Positions 28,050 to 37,378 of a DNA stretch of 64,000 nt are shown here, one piece after another (position 1 is the first letter of the stretch; the number at the start of each line of letters is the position of its first letter). The notes under the pieces are model-generated. The model had not been told where the DNA came from. It made no database searches and was given only the letters and a program-made list of their open reading frames with translations. The stretch spans positions 864,001-928,000 of the forward strand of contig CAXXWS020000003.1 in NCBI GenBank assembly GCA_963665325.3, given 5' to 3'. Position numbers and translations under genes: made by a program. Source of the stretch: Alphaproteobacteria bacterium. GTDB taxonomy: Bacteria > Pseudomonadota > Alphaproteobacteria > Bin95.

Positions 28050-29822
28050 ATGCACGTTTGCCGACCGGCCGCGCTTTCCGCGTGCCTACTGCTGCTTCTC
28101 ACCGCCTGCGGAGGCGGAGGTGGTGCTGGGGGTTCGGCAGTTGGACCGGGGCCGGTTGAACCGTTGGCAGGTGTTTCTTTGCGCTTGCCCTCGGGCCACG
28201 GCCTGATGGCAGGCTCGGTCTCGGTCGCGCCGGGCGGCTCGGCCGAGCACGGCAACGTGGTCGTTTCGTGCCCGGCGAGCGGACAGGCGTGCGTGGTGAC
28301 CGTCGCGGCGGACGGCACGGCGAGTTACGACCGGACGGGCGGCATGCCCGGCGTCATGGCGGCGTATGGAGCATGGGCGCTGCCACCCGGCCACGGGCTT
28401 TCGGCGGGTGCGCTCCGGGTCGCGCCGGGCGGCTCGGCCGAGCACGGCAACGTGGTCGTTTCGTGCCCGGCGAGCGGACAGGCGTGCGTGGTGACCGTCG
28501 CGGCGGACGGCACGGCAAGCTACGACCGCACCGGCGGTGTCATGGTGGCGGAACCAGTGCTGCGTGAGCCGTTCGACACGGTCTCCGTGAGACTTGCCAA
28601 AGAGACGGGCAACCCGACATCGGCGGAGCTCTTGTCCTATTTGAGTACGCAGCTCGGTGGCGGTCCGTGGTACGCCGGTTCGCAATACATGTGGTCGGAT
28701 ATTCCCGGTTTGGGTCGGTATTCTTCGCCCCCAATGGTGCGTATTGTACAAGGAGCCTCTGCCCACGAACGCGCGATGGCCCACCACGCCGTCGCACTTA
28801 TCAACCGGGAACTTCCCAACCAGTGGCACATTCAAATTGGGAGTGACGCGCCGACGCTGGGAGCAGTCTCGGCTGTCCCTGACGGAGAATTATACGTCGG
28901 TTTCTTGGCCGTCGCCGAATATGAACTCAGTGGCGGAGGAAGACCGGAGTCTGAAGGATTAGCCTTTCCTGACCGTGTGTCCGAATGGGATGAACGACAG
29001 CAGCGCCATGAAGTTAAGGGGATGCGGGCTGCTCAGGTTTGGATGCGACCGGAAACTTGGTTTCGGTCCAATCAACGTTCAGAAGGCAACATGATGTGGG
29101 TACTGGTGCATGAATTGATTCATGCACTGGGATTAGACGGCCATGTTCCTGAAGGCGAGCACCCGGGCTCAATTATGAACGACTGCTGCCAACAATCGAG
29201 TATTGAGCGCATACCTGAGATTGACGGCACCGCCTTGCGCGCTATCTACACCCGCTACGAGAACGGCACGGGGTCGGAAGACCTGTCGCCGGAAAGTCTC
29301 GGGCCGTGGGAGACCAGCTCTCTTAATCTGTCAGGCGAGCTTGACACCCCCGGCGGCACGGTCTCATTTGGCGTGAAGCACCGTAACGGTATCAGCGTTC
29401 CTTGGACGAGTGGGCAGGAGCCGAGCTCCGCGTTGGCAGACAACCGTTCAATTACGGGAACGGCGACTTGGAGCGGCGGACTTCTGGGTTTCACGCCCCA
29501 CCAACTATCAGTGGGCGGTAATGCGGAGATCAATGTGAACATGGGCACGATGAACGGAAGTGCCGACTTTACTGACCTCCAGCGATGGCCTGCCGGGCAG
29601 GCGCCGGGCGCGCTGGGAACTGGTTCTCAGTGGGGTGAAGGAAGCCTTGGCTACACAATCTCCGTCAGCGGCAATTTCCTTCGGAGCACTGGCGGCGACG
29701 CCGGAGTGGTTGCTGGAAACTTCTACGGGAGCGGTCATGAAGGCGTTGCAGGCTCGCTGGAGCGCAGCGACCTAACGGCGGTTTTCGGCGCGAAGCATCA
29801 GTCGACATCCGACGCTCTGTAA
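28050..29822 (+). CDS. surface lipoprotein: duplicated Cys-containing module + metzincin-like protease + TbpB-like barrel
   Basis: Lipobox LTAC-GGGGG; two 65-aa repeats; HELIHALGLDGH with SIMN Met-turn; C-terminal GNFYGSGHEGVAG..VFGAK. Confidence 0.75.
   Translation: MHVCRPAALSACLLLLLTACGGGGGAGGSAVGPGPVEPLAGVSLRLPSGHGLMAGSVSVAPGGSAEHGNVVVSCPASGQACVVTVAADGTASYDRTGGMPGVMAAYGAWALPPGHGLSAGALRVAPGGSAEHGNVVVSCPASGQACVVTVAADGTASYDRTGGVMVAEPVLREPFDTVSVRLAKETGNPTSAELLSYLSTQLGGGPWYAGSQYMWSDIPGLGRYSSPPMVRIVQGASAHERAMAHHAVALINRELPNQWHIQIGSDAPTLGAVSAVPDGELYVGFLAVAEYELSGGGRPESEGLAFPDRVSEWDERQQRHEVKGMRAAQVWMRPETWFRSNQRSEGNMMWVLVHELIHALGLDGHVPEGEHPGSIMNDCCQQSSIERIPEIDGTALRAIYTRYENGTGSEDLSPESLGPWETSSLNLSGELDTPGGTVSFGVKHRNGISVPWTSGQEPSSALADNRSITGTATWSGGLLGFTPHQLSVGGNAEINVNMGTMNGSADFTDLQRWPAGQAPGALGTGSQWGEGSLGYTISVSGNFLRSTGGDAGVVAGNFYGSGHEGVAGSLERSDLTAVFGAKHQSTSDAL
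28194..28540 (+). repeat. 195-bp internal direct repeat (2 copies)
   Basis: GHGL..VAPGGSAEHGNVVVSCPASGQACVVTVAADGTASYDRTGG starting at 28194 and 28389; near-identical core. Confidence 0.9.
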
Positions 29823-30112
29823 CTCTGATGGTATTCGTCAATCCATCCTCGTCGGGGTTCGGCGGATCTTCGTCGTGGACGACGCCTGCAACGGCTTACA
29901 TGACCGGGCAGAATCAATCGAATTCCAAGGCGAACTGGTATACACGACCTACCACGCGTGTTGTGGCCCCCAAGGAAGGCGGATGGCTACCGTAAGCTGC
30001 TGCGAGGGTGTGGCACAAACGCGTTATACTGCGCCCTTGTGTGCAGAACTCAGACATTGACAACAAGTAAGTGTCGGTTTCGGCTGTAGCGAGCCCCCGC
30101 AACCAAAAGAAG

Positions 30113-30145
30113 CCCCTGAAAACATTGATGTTTTCAGGGGTTTTT
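30113..30145 (+). terminator. rho-independent terminator behind the tRNA 3' end
   Basis: CCCCTGAAAACAT-TG-ATGTTTTCAGGGG followed by TTTTT. Confidence 0.7.
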
Positions 30146-30326
30146 CATTTTCGGACAAGCACATTTGGCAGTTTGGCAAACTATTGGCAAACAACACTAG
30201 GTCGTGTACCCATAAGGTGTTTCATGATTTGCGAAGATGTGATTCAAGCTCCCAACCTCAGGGAGCTTGGAGATGGGCCGCTACGATCTGACGGACTGTA
30301 AGCGGTTCGAACGCGGCACGTGGATT

Positions 30327-31970
30327 TCAGCTTGACGAGCTGACGAAGTTCCACGGGAGCAAGTCGTCGATCCGGTCGTTGGGATGGCCGGCCGCGATGG
30401 CTTCGAGGGTGGCCTTGAGCCAGGCGTAGGGCTCGACCCCGTTCAACTTGGCGGTCTGGGTGAGTGAAGCGATCCGGCCCCAGGCGACCGCGCCTTCGTC
30501 GTGACCCGCGAAGAGTGCGTTTTTCCTTGTAAGGGCAATCGGCCGGGCGAGATTCTCGACGGCATTGCTGTCCATCTCGACACGGCCGTCGGCAAGGAAG
30601 AGCCGGAGACCGTCCCAGTGGCGGGCGATATAGGCGAGCTTCTCGCCGAGCCGGGACTTGGGCGAGACGCGGGCGCGCTGCTGCTTCAGCCAGTCGCCGA
30701 AGGCCTCGACCAGCGGCGCGGCGCGCGTTTGTCGTTCGCTCAGACGCCGTTCGGGCGGGCTACCGCGGATGTCCGCCTCGATGGCGTAGAGTTCGGCGAT
30801 GCGGCGCAGGCCCTCGGCCGCGATCTCGGAGCCGCTGCTGTCGTAGATTTCGCGGAGCCGGCGCCTGGCATGGCTCCAGCAATATGCCAGCCGCAGCGGC
30901 GCGCCGCCCTTGCGGCCCCGGCCGGTCAGCCGGTTGTATCCGGCATAGCCGTCGACCTGCAGGATGCCGTCGAAGCCGTCGAGGAACTTTTCAGCATATT
31001 CGCCGCCGCGCCCGGGGGCATAGAAGTACACCACGCCCGGCGGATCGGGTCCGCCCCAGGCGCGGTCATCGCGGGCCAGCGCCCATAGCCAGCCGGTCTT
31101 CGTCCTGCCGCGGCCCGGATCGAGCACCGGCGCGCGGGTCTCGTCCATGAAGAGTTTGGAAGAGCGTTTCAGGTGCCAGGCCAACCGGTCGGCCACTGGC
31201 TTCAGATGGAACGAGGCCCTGCCGACCCAGCCGGCCAGCGTCGAGCGGTCCAGATCGAGCCCCGAGCGGGCGTAGATCTGCACCTGCCGATGCAGCGGGC
31301 AATGATCCAGGTATTTCGAGACGAGCACATGGGTGATCGTGCCTTCGGTCGGCAGCGCGCCCTCGATCGGCCAAGCTGGCGCCGGCGCCTGGGTGACGCC
31401 TTGCTCGCAAGCCCGGCAGGCGTATTTCGGCCGCACCGTGACGATCACCCGAAGCTGCGCCGGCACGATGTCCAGGCGCTCGCTCCGATCCTCGCCGATC
31501 TGCACCATCTCCCCGCAGCCGCAGGGACAGAGCGTGCTCTCCGGCTCGATCACCTGCTCGACCCGCTCCAGATGCTCCGGCAGATGGCCGATATTGCGCT
31601 CGGCACGAGGCCGCTTCGACGAGCGCGGCGACGACGGATCGCCAGCCGCAGCCTCCGCTTCCACCTCCGCAGACGCCCCCTCAAGGTCCTCGAAAGCCAG
31701 TTGGCGCTCGTCCGCCGTCAACCTCTCCGACCTCTTGCCATACAGAAGGCGGATCAGTTCCAGGTTCAGGTGTTCGAGACGGCGGATACGCTCCGCCTGC
31801 GTCCCGTTGCGGTCTGTCAGAACCTCGTTCTCGCCTGCAAGGCAGGCCTTCTCTTCCGCCAGCGTCTCGTTCTCGGCGCGAAGCGTCTCCAGCGCCGCGA
31901 TCGCCTGCACCGCGGCGTTACGCTGTTCGGGCGTCAGCGTTCCGAGGTCGATCTCCGCAAGGGCCGGCAT
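30327..31970 (-). CDS. tnpC: IS66 TnpC transposase
   Basis: LYGKRSER, CPCGCG, FMDET, CWSHARR, LLPWN. Confidence 0.92.
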   Translation of the reverse strand: MPALAEIDLGTLTPEQRNAAVQAIAALETLRAENETLAEEKACLAGENEVLTDRNGTQAERIRRLEHLNLELIRLLYGKRSERLTADERQLAFEDLEGASAEVEAEAAAGDPSSPRSSKRPRAERNIGHLPEHLERVEQVIEPESTLCPCGCGEMVQIGEDRSERLDIVPAQLRVIVTVRPKYACRACEQGVTQAPAPAWPIEGALPTEGTITHVLVSKYLDHCPLHRQVQIYARSGLDLDRSTLAGWVGRASFHLKPVADRLAWHLKRSSKLFMDETRAPVLDPGRGRTKTGWLWALARDDRAWGGPDPPGVVYFYAPGRGGEYAEKFLDGFDGILQVDGYAGYNRLTGRGRKGGAPLRLAYCWSHARRRLREIYDSSGSEIAAEGLRRIAELYAIEADIRGSPPERRLSERQTRAAPLVEAFGDWLKQQRARVSPKSRLGEKLAYIARHWDGLRLFLADGRVEMDSNAVENLARPIALTRKNALFAGHDEGAVAWGRIASLTQTAKLNGVEPYAWLKATLEAIAAGHPNDRIDDLLPWNFVSSSS

Positions 31971-32192
31971 GGCCAGTCTGGTAGCACAGTGTCGGGATAC
32001 AGCACGCCCCGGTCCGCCCGGTGAGTCATTCGGCCTCAGCCGGGCGACGCGCCGACAGCGCCCGCACACGCCGCCAGTCCAGCCCGGCGAACAGCGCCTC
32101 GAACTGCGCATGGCTCAGCGACATCACCCCGTCGCGGATCGCTGGCCACACAAAGCCCTGGTCTTCCAGGCGCTTGTAGACCATCACCAGCC

Positions 32193-33714
32193 CTTTCAAT
32201 TACCCACATCTTGATGTTTACGCGGGAAGTTCTTGCGTCGAGGGAATCGGCCGTGATTCCTTGTCGTGCACCGAATCGGGAGCGAACAGGTGCGCAATCA
32301 GGATGAGCGATGGTTTGAAGAAGAGCTTGCAGGCTGCCAGCTTGGTGACGGGCGACTGGACCGTCGGCTTCGCCAACTGGTTGAGCGGATGGAAGCCGGG
32401 TTCGGAGAAAGCATCCCGCTTGCCTGCCAGGACTGGGCCGGGACAAAGGCGGCATATCGCTTCTTCTCCAACGAGCGGGTGAGCGAAGAGGAAATTCTTC
32501 GAGGCCATTTCAACGCAACGCGGCGCCGATTTGGCGCCAGCTGCGGCCCAATCCTCGTTCTTCACGACACGACGGAGTTTTCCTGGAAGCGTAAGCGTCC
32601 CGAAGCAGTGGGCTTCACCACGAAGGTGGGCGGCGGCAAAGACATGCTCGGTCGCGAGAGAATGCACACGCTCTGTGGGTTACTGATGCATTCGAGCTTG
32701 GCGGTGTCGACGGACGGGCTGCCGCTGGGAATGGCTGCGGTCAAGTTCTGGACCAGGAAGAAGTTCAAGGATAAGGCAGCACTCAAGAGGAAGGTCAATT
32801 CAACGCGCGTGCCGATCGAAGGCAAGGAGAGCATGCGTTGGCTGGAGACCCTGCGCCACTCCACTGAATTGTTGGACGACCCTGCGCGCTGTATTCACAT
32901 TTGCGACCGCGAAGGCGATATCTGGGAGTTGTTCTGCCTCGCTCGGGAACTCGATACCCACTTTCTCATCAGGCGCTTTTCCGACAGATATGCCGAGGAC
33001 GGCTCCCGTACAGTGGCGTCGGTCATGGCGGAGGCGAAGGTTCGCGGGCTGCACCGGATCGCGGTTCGTGACGACAAGGGCAGGCTGGGCTCCACTCAGG
33101 TCGAACTTTACTACCAGCACATGACCATCCGGCCGCCGCTCGGCAAACGAAAGCGCTATCCGTCGCTCACGCTTACGGTGTTGCACGCCCGAGAGCCGGA
33201 AGAGCCGGTCGGACGACCCCGCATCGACTGGAAGCTGATCACCGACCTGCCGGTCGACAGCCACGACGACGCGGTGGAGAAGCTCCGCTGGTATGCCATG
33301 CGCTGGAAGATCGAGGTCTTCCACAAGATCCTGAAATCGGGCTGCCGCGCCGAACAGGCTCGCCTGCGGACCGCCGAGAGGCTCGTCAGGCTGATCGCGG
33401 TCTTCTGCATTTTGAGCTGGCGCGTCTTCTGGTTGACGATGCTCAACCGGACCGAACCGGACCTTGAACCGGGCCTCGTGCTCACCGAAATCGAAATCAA
33501 GCTGCTCGATCACCTGATCCCTGACCGGGGTCCCGGCCCATCGACGCCGAAAACCCTGTCCGACTACCTCACGAAGATCGCGCGGCTCGGCGGCTATCTC
33601 GCCCGAACCAAGGACCCGCCGCCTGGAAACATCGTCTTGTGGCGCGGCCTCGCCCGCCTCAATGACATTACCCTCGGCGCAACTGCGCAAATCGACGTTG
33701 TGGGTAATTGAAAG
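32193..33714 (+). mobile_element. complete IS4 family (IS50-like) element
   Basis: IRs CTTTCAATTACCCACA / TGTGGGTAATTGAAAG. 9-bp TSD TCACCAGCC at 32184-32192 and 33715-33723. Confidence 0.95.
32266..33711 (+). CDS. IS4/Tn5-like transposase
   Basis: LGDGRLDRR, KAAYRFFSN, HDTT, CDREGD, YAMRWKIE (YREK), ARLGG..PPG. Confidence 0.93.
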   Translation: MHRIGSEQVRNQDERWFEEELAGCQLGDGRLDRRLRQLVERMEAGFGESIPLACQDWAGTKAAYRFFSNERVSEEEILRGHFNATRRRFGASCGPILVLHDTTEFSWKRKRPEAVGFTTKVGGGKDMLGRERMHTLCGLLMHSSLAVSTDGLPLGMAAVKFWTRKKFKDKAALKRKVNSTRVPIEGKESMRWLETLRHSTELLDDPARCIHICDREGDIWELFCLARELDTHFLIRRFSDRYAEDGSRTVASVMAEAKVRGLHRIAVRDDKGRLGSTQVELYYQHMTIRPPLGKRKRYPSLTLTVLHAREPEEPVGRPRIDWKLITDLPVDSHDDAVEKLRWYAMRWKIEVFHKILKSGCRAEQARLRTAERLVRLIAVFCILSWRVFWLTMLNRTEPDLEPGLVLTEIEIKLLDHLIPDRGPGPSTPKTLSDYLTKIARLGGYLARTKDPPPGNIVLWRGLARLNDITLGATAQIDVVGN

Positions 33715-33906
33715 TCACCAGCCCGGTTCCGTCCCAGTAAACCAGCTTCAGCCTGTCAGCTCGTTTCGCACGGAACGCACAGACCGTTCCCGTGAACGGG
33801 TCCTTGCGCAATACGCTCTTCACATGCGCTACAAGGCCATCGTGTTGGCGGCGGAAGTCCACGGGCTTGGTCGCAACCATGATCCGAACCCGGTTCGACG
33901 GGAAGA

Positions 33907-34308
33907 TCATGCCGAGGCGTTCAACGCAGAGACGATCTCCGCGATCCGGCAAGCCGGCGTCGCCGCGTCCAGACGAAGCGTCACCCGGTCCTGGATCACT
34001 TCCAGGCGCTCGCCGCCCGACGCCGGAACCCGACCCTCGTCCTGACGCAAGACCACCGGAGCAAAGTCCATCTCGTCCCCGAGCGCCGGCAAGACCAGAA
34101 GGCCCTTCCGGGCCTGGCGGCGCCATTCCGACAGCTGGTTCGAGTTGAGCTCGTAACGACGTGCTACCCCTGCGACCGTCGCCCCTTCCTCCAAAGTCTC
34201 GGCAACAATCCGCGCTTTCACCGAAGCCGGCCAGCGACGGCGAAAGCCGCTACGTGCCGGCAACACTTCAACCTTAGCGTTGGTGAGAATCTCTGCTGAG
34301 GGCTCCAA
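33907..34308 (-). CDS. tnpA: IS66 TnpA
   Basis: RRRWPASVKARIVAETL..VARRYELNSNQLSEWRR. Confidence 0.85.
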   Translation of the reverse strand: MEPSAEILTNAKVEVLPARSGFRRRWPASVKARIVAETLEEGATVAGVARRYELNSNQLSEWRRQARKGLLVLPALGDEMDFAPVVLRQDEGRVPASGGERLEVIQDRVTLRLDAATPACRIAEIVSALNASA

Positions 34309-35138
34309 TGAGAAATTCCCTTCGTCTCATTCGAAACCCTAACTCCCACATCGCCAGACTCGCATGAAGGTGGGGCACTCGCACCGCATACGACGGACTT
34401 CGAATGGCGTGTGATTGAGCCGCTGCTGCCGAACAAGCCCCGCGGCGTCCCTCGGGTGGACGATCGCCGAGTGTTGAACGGCATTCTGTGGGTGCTTCGC
34501 ACGGGGGCGCCGTGGCGTGACCTCCCGGAGCGCTACGGGCCTTATACGACCTGCTACAACCGGTTCAACCGCTGGCGCAAGAAGGGCGTCTGGGATCAGT
34601 TGATGGATGCGGTGGTGGAGGCTTACGACAGCAACGTGCAGATGATCGACAGTTCGAGCGTCCGGGTTCACCAGCACGCGGCGGGTGCAAAAAGGGGGGT
34701 CCGGATCGTTGCATGGGTCGTTCCCGTGGTGGACTGACCACGAAGATCCACGCCGTGGCGGACGTTACCGGTCTGCCGATCCGCTACGACCTCAGCCCCG
34801 GCCAGGCACACGACAGCACGACCGCCGGCGCCATGCTGGCGAACCTGCCGCCCGACAGTTTCCTGATCGCCGACAAGGCCTATGACGCCAAATGGATCCG
34901 TGAGCTGATCGAGCAACGCGATGCCGTCGCGATCATCCCCGACCGAGAAGGCGCGAAGACCAGGCACGCCTTCAGCAAACTGTTGTATCGATTGCGAAAT
35001 CGTATCGAACGCGCCTTCAACAAGCTCAAGCAGTTCCGACGCATCGCCACCCGCTACGAAAAGCTCGCGGCCAACTTCCTGGCCATGATCAAGATCGCAA
35101 CTATCAGGCTCTGGCTGCGCGCTTATGAGTCCACGACC

Positions 35139-35540
35139 TAGTGTCCGGTTGAGGCGGAGGAGTTTTGAGTAAAGGTGTTTGGTTTGAGGCTGTTATGGAT
35201 GATTTCGGGTGGTGTCGATTCTTGCCGGTCCGGCGGCTGCGTCCGGGGGCATTCGGACTGTGAGTTCCGGGACATGGTCCATGGTGGTCGTTTCCTGCGG
35301 ACGATGGATTTCCTGCCCTGGACCACATTCGAGCGGATTGTGGTCCGTTATCGGGGGAACCACCGTGTTCGAACCTTGCGGTGTGCGGAGCAGTATCGGC
35401 CATGGCGTTTGCACAACTGACCTGGCGGGAGAGCCTGCGCGACATCGAGACCTGTCTCGAGGCGCAAGCGGGCAAGCTCTACCACAGCGGGTCCCGAGGC
35501 CCGGTTCGGCGCTCGACCCTGGCGGACGCCAACGAACGCC
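35139..35540 (+). pseudogene. IS4 family (DUF4372-type) transposase 5' fragment, frameshifted
   Basis: MDFLPWTTFERIVVRY / MAFAQLTWRESLRDIETCL..RSTLADANE. Confidence 0.75.
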
Positions 35541-35778
35541 GGCACAGCGCAGCAATGCTGTCCTCGCCACGCAGCCCTTCCAGCACGATACGGATCTTTT
35601 CCTCCGCCGAATACTGCTTGCGCGTCCGGCGGCGAATGTCACGGCCCGTCTTCTCGGCAGGCTCTTTGGGGCAAGTGGATTTCTGTCTCATCTTCGTTCC
35701 CTTCGGTCACTGCGATGAGCCGGAAATCCTCCCCTATAAAAGTGCCTCAGCCTGTCCCATAGGCGCTGACGTTAGACA
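35537..35778 (-). pseudogene. IS3 family left end and orfA fragment
   Basis: TGTCTAACGTCAGCGCC end; RKQYSAEEKIRIVLEGLRGEDSIAALCRR. Confidence 0.8.
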
Positions 35779-35808
35779 CACGCCACAGGGGAATGGGCTC
35801 GATCACCG

Positions 35809-36825
35809 CTACTCGGCAGCCTTGAGGTAAATTCCCGAGCCCACGACGACCTTCTCTTCCGACTTGGGCGCATTGAAACTCACGGCATATCCGAACTTGG
35901 GGGAACCTGTGTCTTCGTCCCCCGAGATTTCCGGATCGTCGTAGTAGTAGCGAAGGAACTTCCGGCCCTCCCGCAGGGCGCCCCCTATAAGCAGCTTGGG
36001 AAAGGGAAGGCCATTCGAGTCGACCCGCTCCATATCCGTCGGCTTGCCTTCCCGGAACTGCTCGGTGGCGTGAAAGAGGGTGATGCCTTCGCTGCCCACA
36101 AGCCAGAGATAGATCGAGCCGGCCCTCCAGTGTCCGCCCTTCTCGCGGAAGGCGTTTCTGACGGCTATGATGTCCCCTTGGTTGTTGGATTCGTAGGCGC
36201 GCCTATACACGGCTGCCGCCGCCTCGACAAAGGCGACCAGCGTCTCCTTGTCCACCACCTCGCCGGCCGTGACGGCGGGCGTCGGAATGTCCATCGCCGC
36301 CAGCGGGGCGGAGGACAGATCCTCTGAATATCCGCCGATCAGATAGGCGGATATGTTGCCTGCCCCGGTCAGGATCTTCGTGGCATAGCTCGTCTTGAGC
36401 TTTCCGTCGACATAATCGACAAACCCGCCGTTATTGTCGGCGGCCTCCATCATTTTCCTAACAACTTCCTCGCCCCGATCGTCGCGCATGTCCAGGATGT
36501 TCCTGCCCTCGGCTGCCCGGTCCCCGGCATGGAGCCCGACGGATCCATCGGCCAGCACGAACATGAGGTAGATATCGCCGGCAACCCATGTCGGTCGCTC
36601 CCGAAGGGTTTCGCGAAGTGCGATCACATCGTTGTAGTCCGTGAGGCTTTCGATATGCCGCTTGGCGTCGACAACGAACGCCTTGAGGCTTTCCTTGTCG
36701 TTTACCTTGTCGGCGGTCACCTTCGCCGCTACCGCGGTAGGTGCAGCGGCAAGTAGAAGCGCCAGCAGAGCGGCAAACAGGCTTCGCCGTTCCTTGCGGG
36801 AGTTCTTTCGGATGTTGGCCGTCAT
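35809..36825 (-). CDS. secreted tandem Cache-domain protein
   Basis: GGAGG RBS and signal peptide; two units (DKESLKAFV..GDIYL..GGFVDY; DKETLVAFV..GSIYLW..VVVGSGIY); no TM or output domain. Confidence 0.7.
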   Translation of the reverse strand: MTANIRKNSRKERRSLFAALLALLLAAAPTAVAAKVTADKVNDKESLKAFVVDAKRHIESLTDYNDVIALRETLRERPTWVAGDIYLMFVLADGSVGLHAGDRAAEGRNILDMRDDRGEEVVRKMMEAADNNGGFVDYVDGKLKTSYATKILTGAGNISAYLIGGYSEDLSSAPLAAMDIPTPAVTAGEVVDKETLVAFVEAAAAVYRRAYESNNQGDIIAVRNAFREKGGHWRAGSIYLWLVGSEGITLFHATEQFREGKPTDMERVDSNGLPFPKLLIGGALREGRKFLRYYYDDPEISGDEDTGSPKFGYAVSFNAPKSEEKVVVGSGIYLKAAE

Positions 36826-37077
36826 TGGGCCTCCTTCTGGATATCTGGGGTGATAGGCCCCCGCCCCCGCCTGGGTCCCGGTGGCCGGGTCTGTCTTTGC
36901 TCTCATCGGTCTTTACCGCTACTCCCGGCTCTGATTCTGGAGGGTGCCGGTGTCATGGGCGTCGGAGTCGGTCAGGCGCAGCCGGAAATCGCTGCCCTCA
37001 TCGCCCGTCCCTTCGACCATCACCATGTAGTCCCGTCGAACGTCGCGCCTCCCGGCGCGGCGTCCACCGGGTTGTAT

Positions 37078-37247
37078 GGCCCGGCGCGCGGTTCTTCTTC
37101 CGGCCTGGAATCGAACAAGACAAGATGTCCCGGATTCCTCATACGCCCTCCGTAACAGCGGATGCCGTTCACTCGACAGGGATGGAATCTATGCCGTTTC
37201 CGAATACCGGCGCGCCTCCCAGACGGGAGGGAAACGAGGATTAAATT
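37078..37247 (-). repeat. ~170-bp promoter/leader module, copy C (box at 37215-37230)
   Basis: Reverse complement aligns by eye with 38757-38930 and 45276-45446. Confidence 0.85.
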
Positions 37248-37378
37248 TCACTGTCATGGCCCCGGTTTCGGCATGAGCCGGCCGGTCATCGAGGAGAAGG
37301 CGGAGAGTTGACGGCGCATGTGGGGTCGTCTCCGGCCGGCACTCACCGCAGGCGCCGGGCGCGTGTCGAATGACGGCG

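Larger units (their letters stand above)
19423..30100. mobile_element. integrative mobilizable element (serine integrase + MobF)
   Basis: Direct CCCCCGC cores at 19423-19429 and 30094-30100. The element-side arms are imperfect inverted repeats. Removing the element restores tRNA ...CCTACCCCCGCAACCA followed by a terminator. Confidence 0.85.
32026..33910 (-). pseudogene. tnpB: IS66 TnpB interrupted by IS4
   Basis: MIFPSNRV..YWDGTGLV | MVYKRLEDQGFVWP.. rejoins across the IS4. Confidence 0.88.
30298..34391 (-). mobile_element. IS66 element inserted in IS5
   Basis: Ends GTAAGCGG / CCGCATAC. 8-bp TSD GACGGACT at 30290-30297 and 34392-34399. Confidence 0.93.
30200..35138 (+). mobile_element. IS5 family element disrupted by IS66
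   Basis: IRs GGTCGTGTACCCATAA / TTATGAGTCCACGACC, flanked by (C)TA(G). Confidence 0.88.
30273..35141 (+). pseudogene. IS5 transposase (split; orfA/orfB with A5G6 frameshift site near 34689-34699)
   Basis: MGRYDLTD at 30273 rejoins FEWRVIEPLLP..WRDLPERYG at about 34400; orfB GRSRGGLTTKIH..ADKAYD..RRIATRYEK. Confidence 0.88.
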
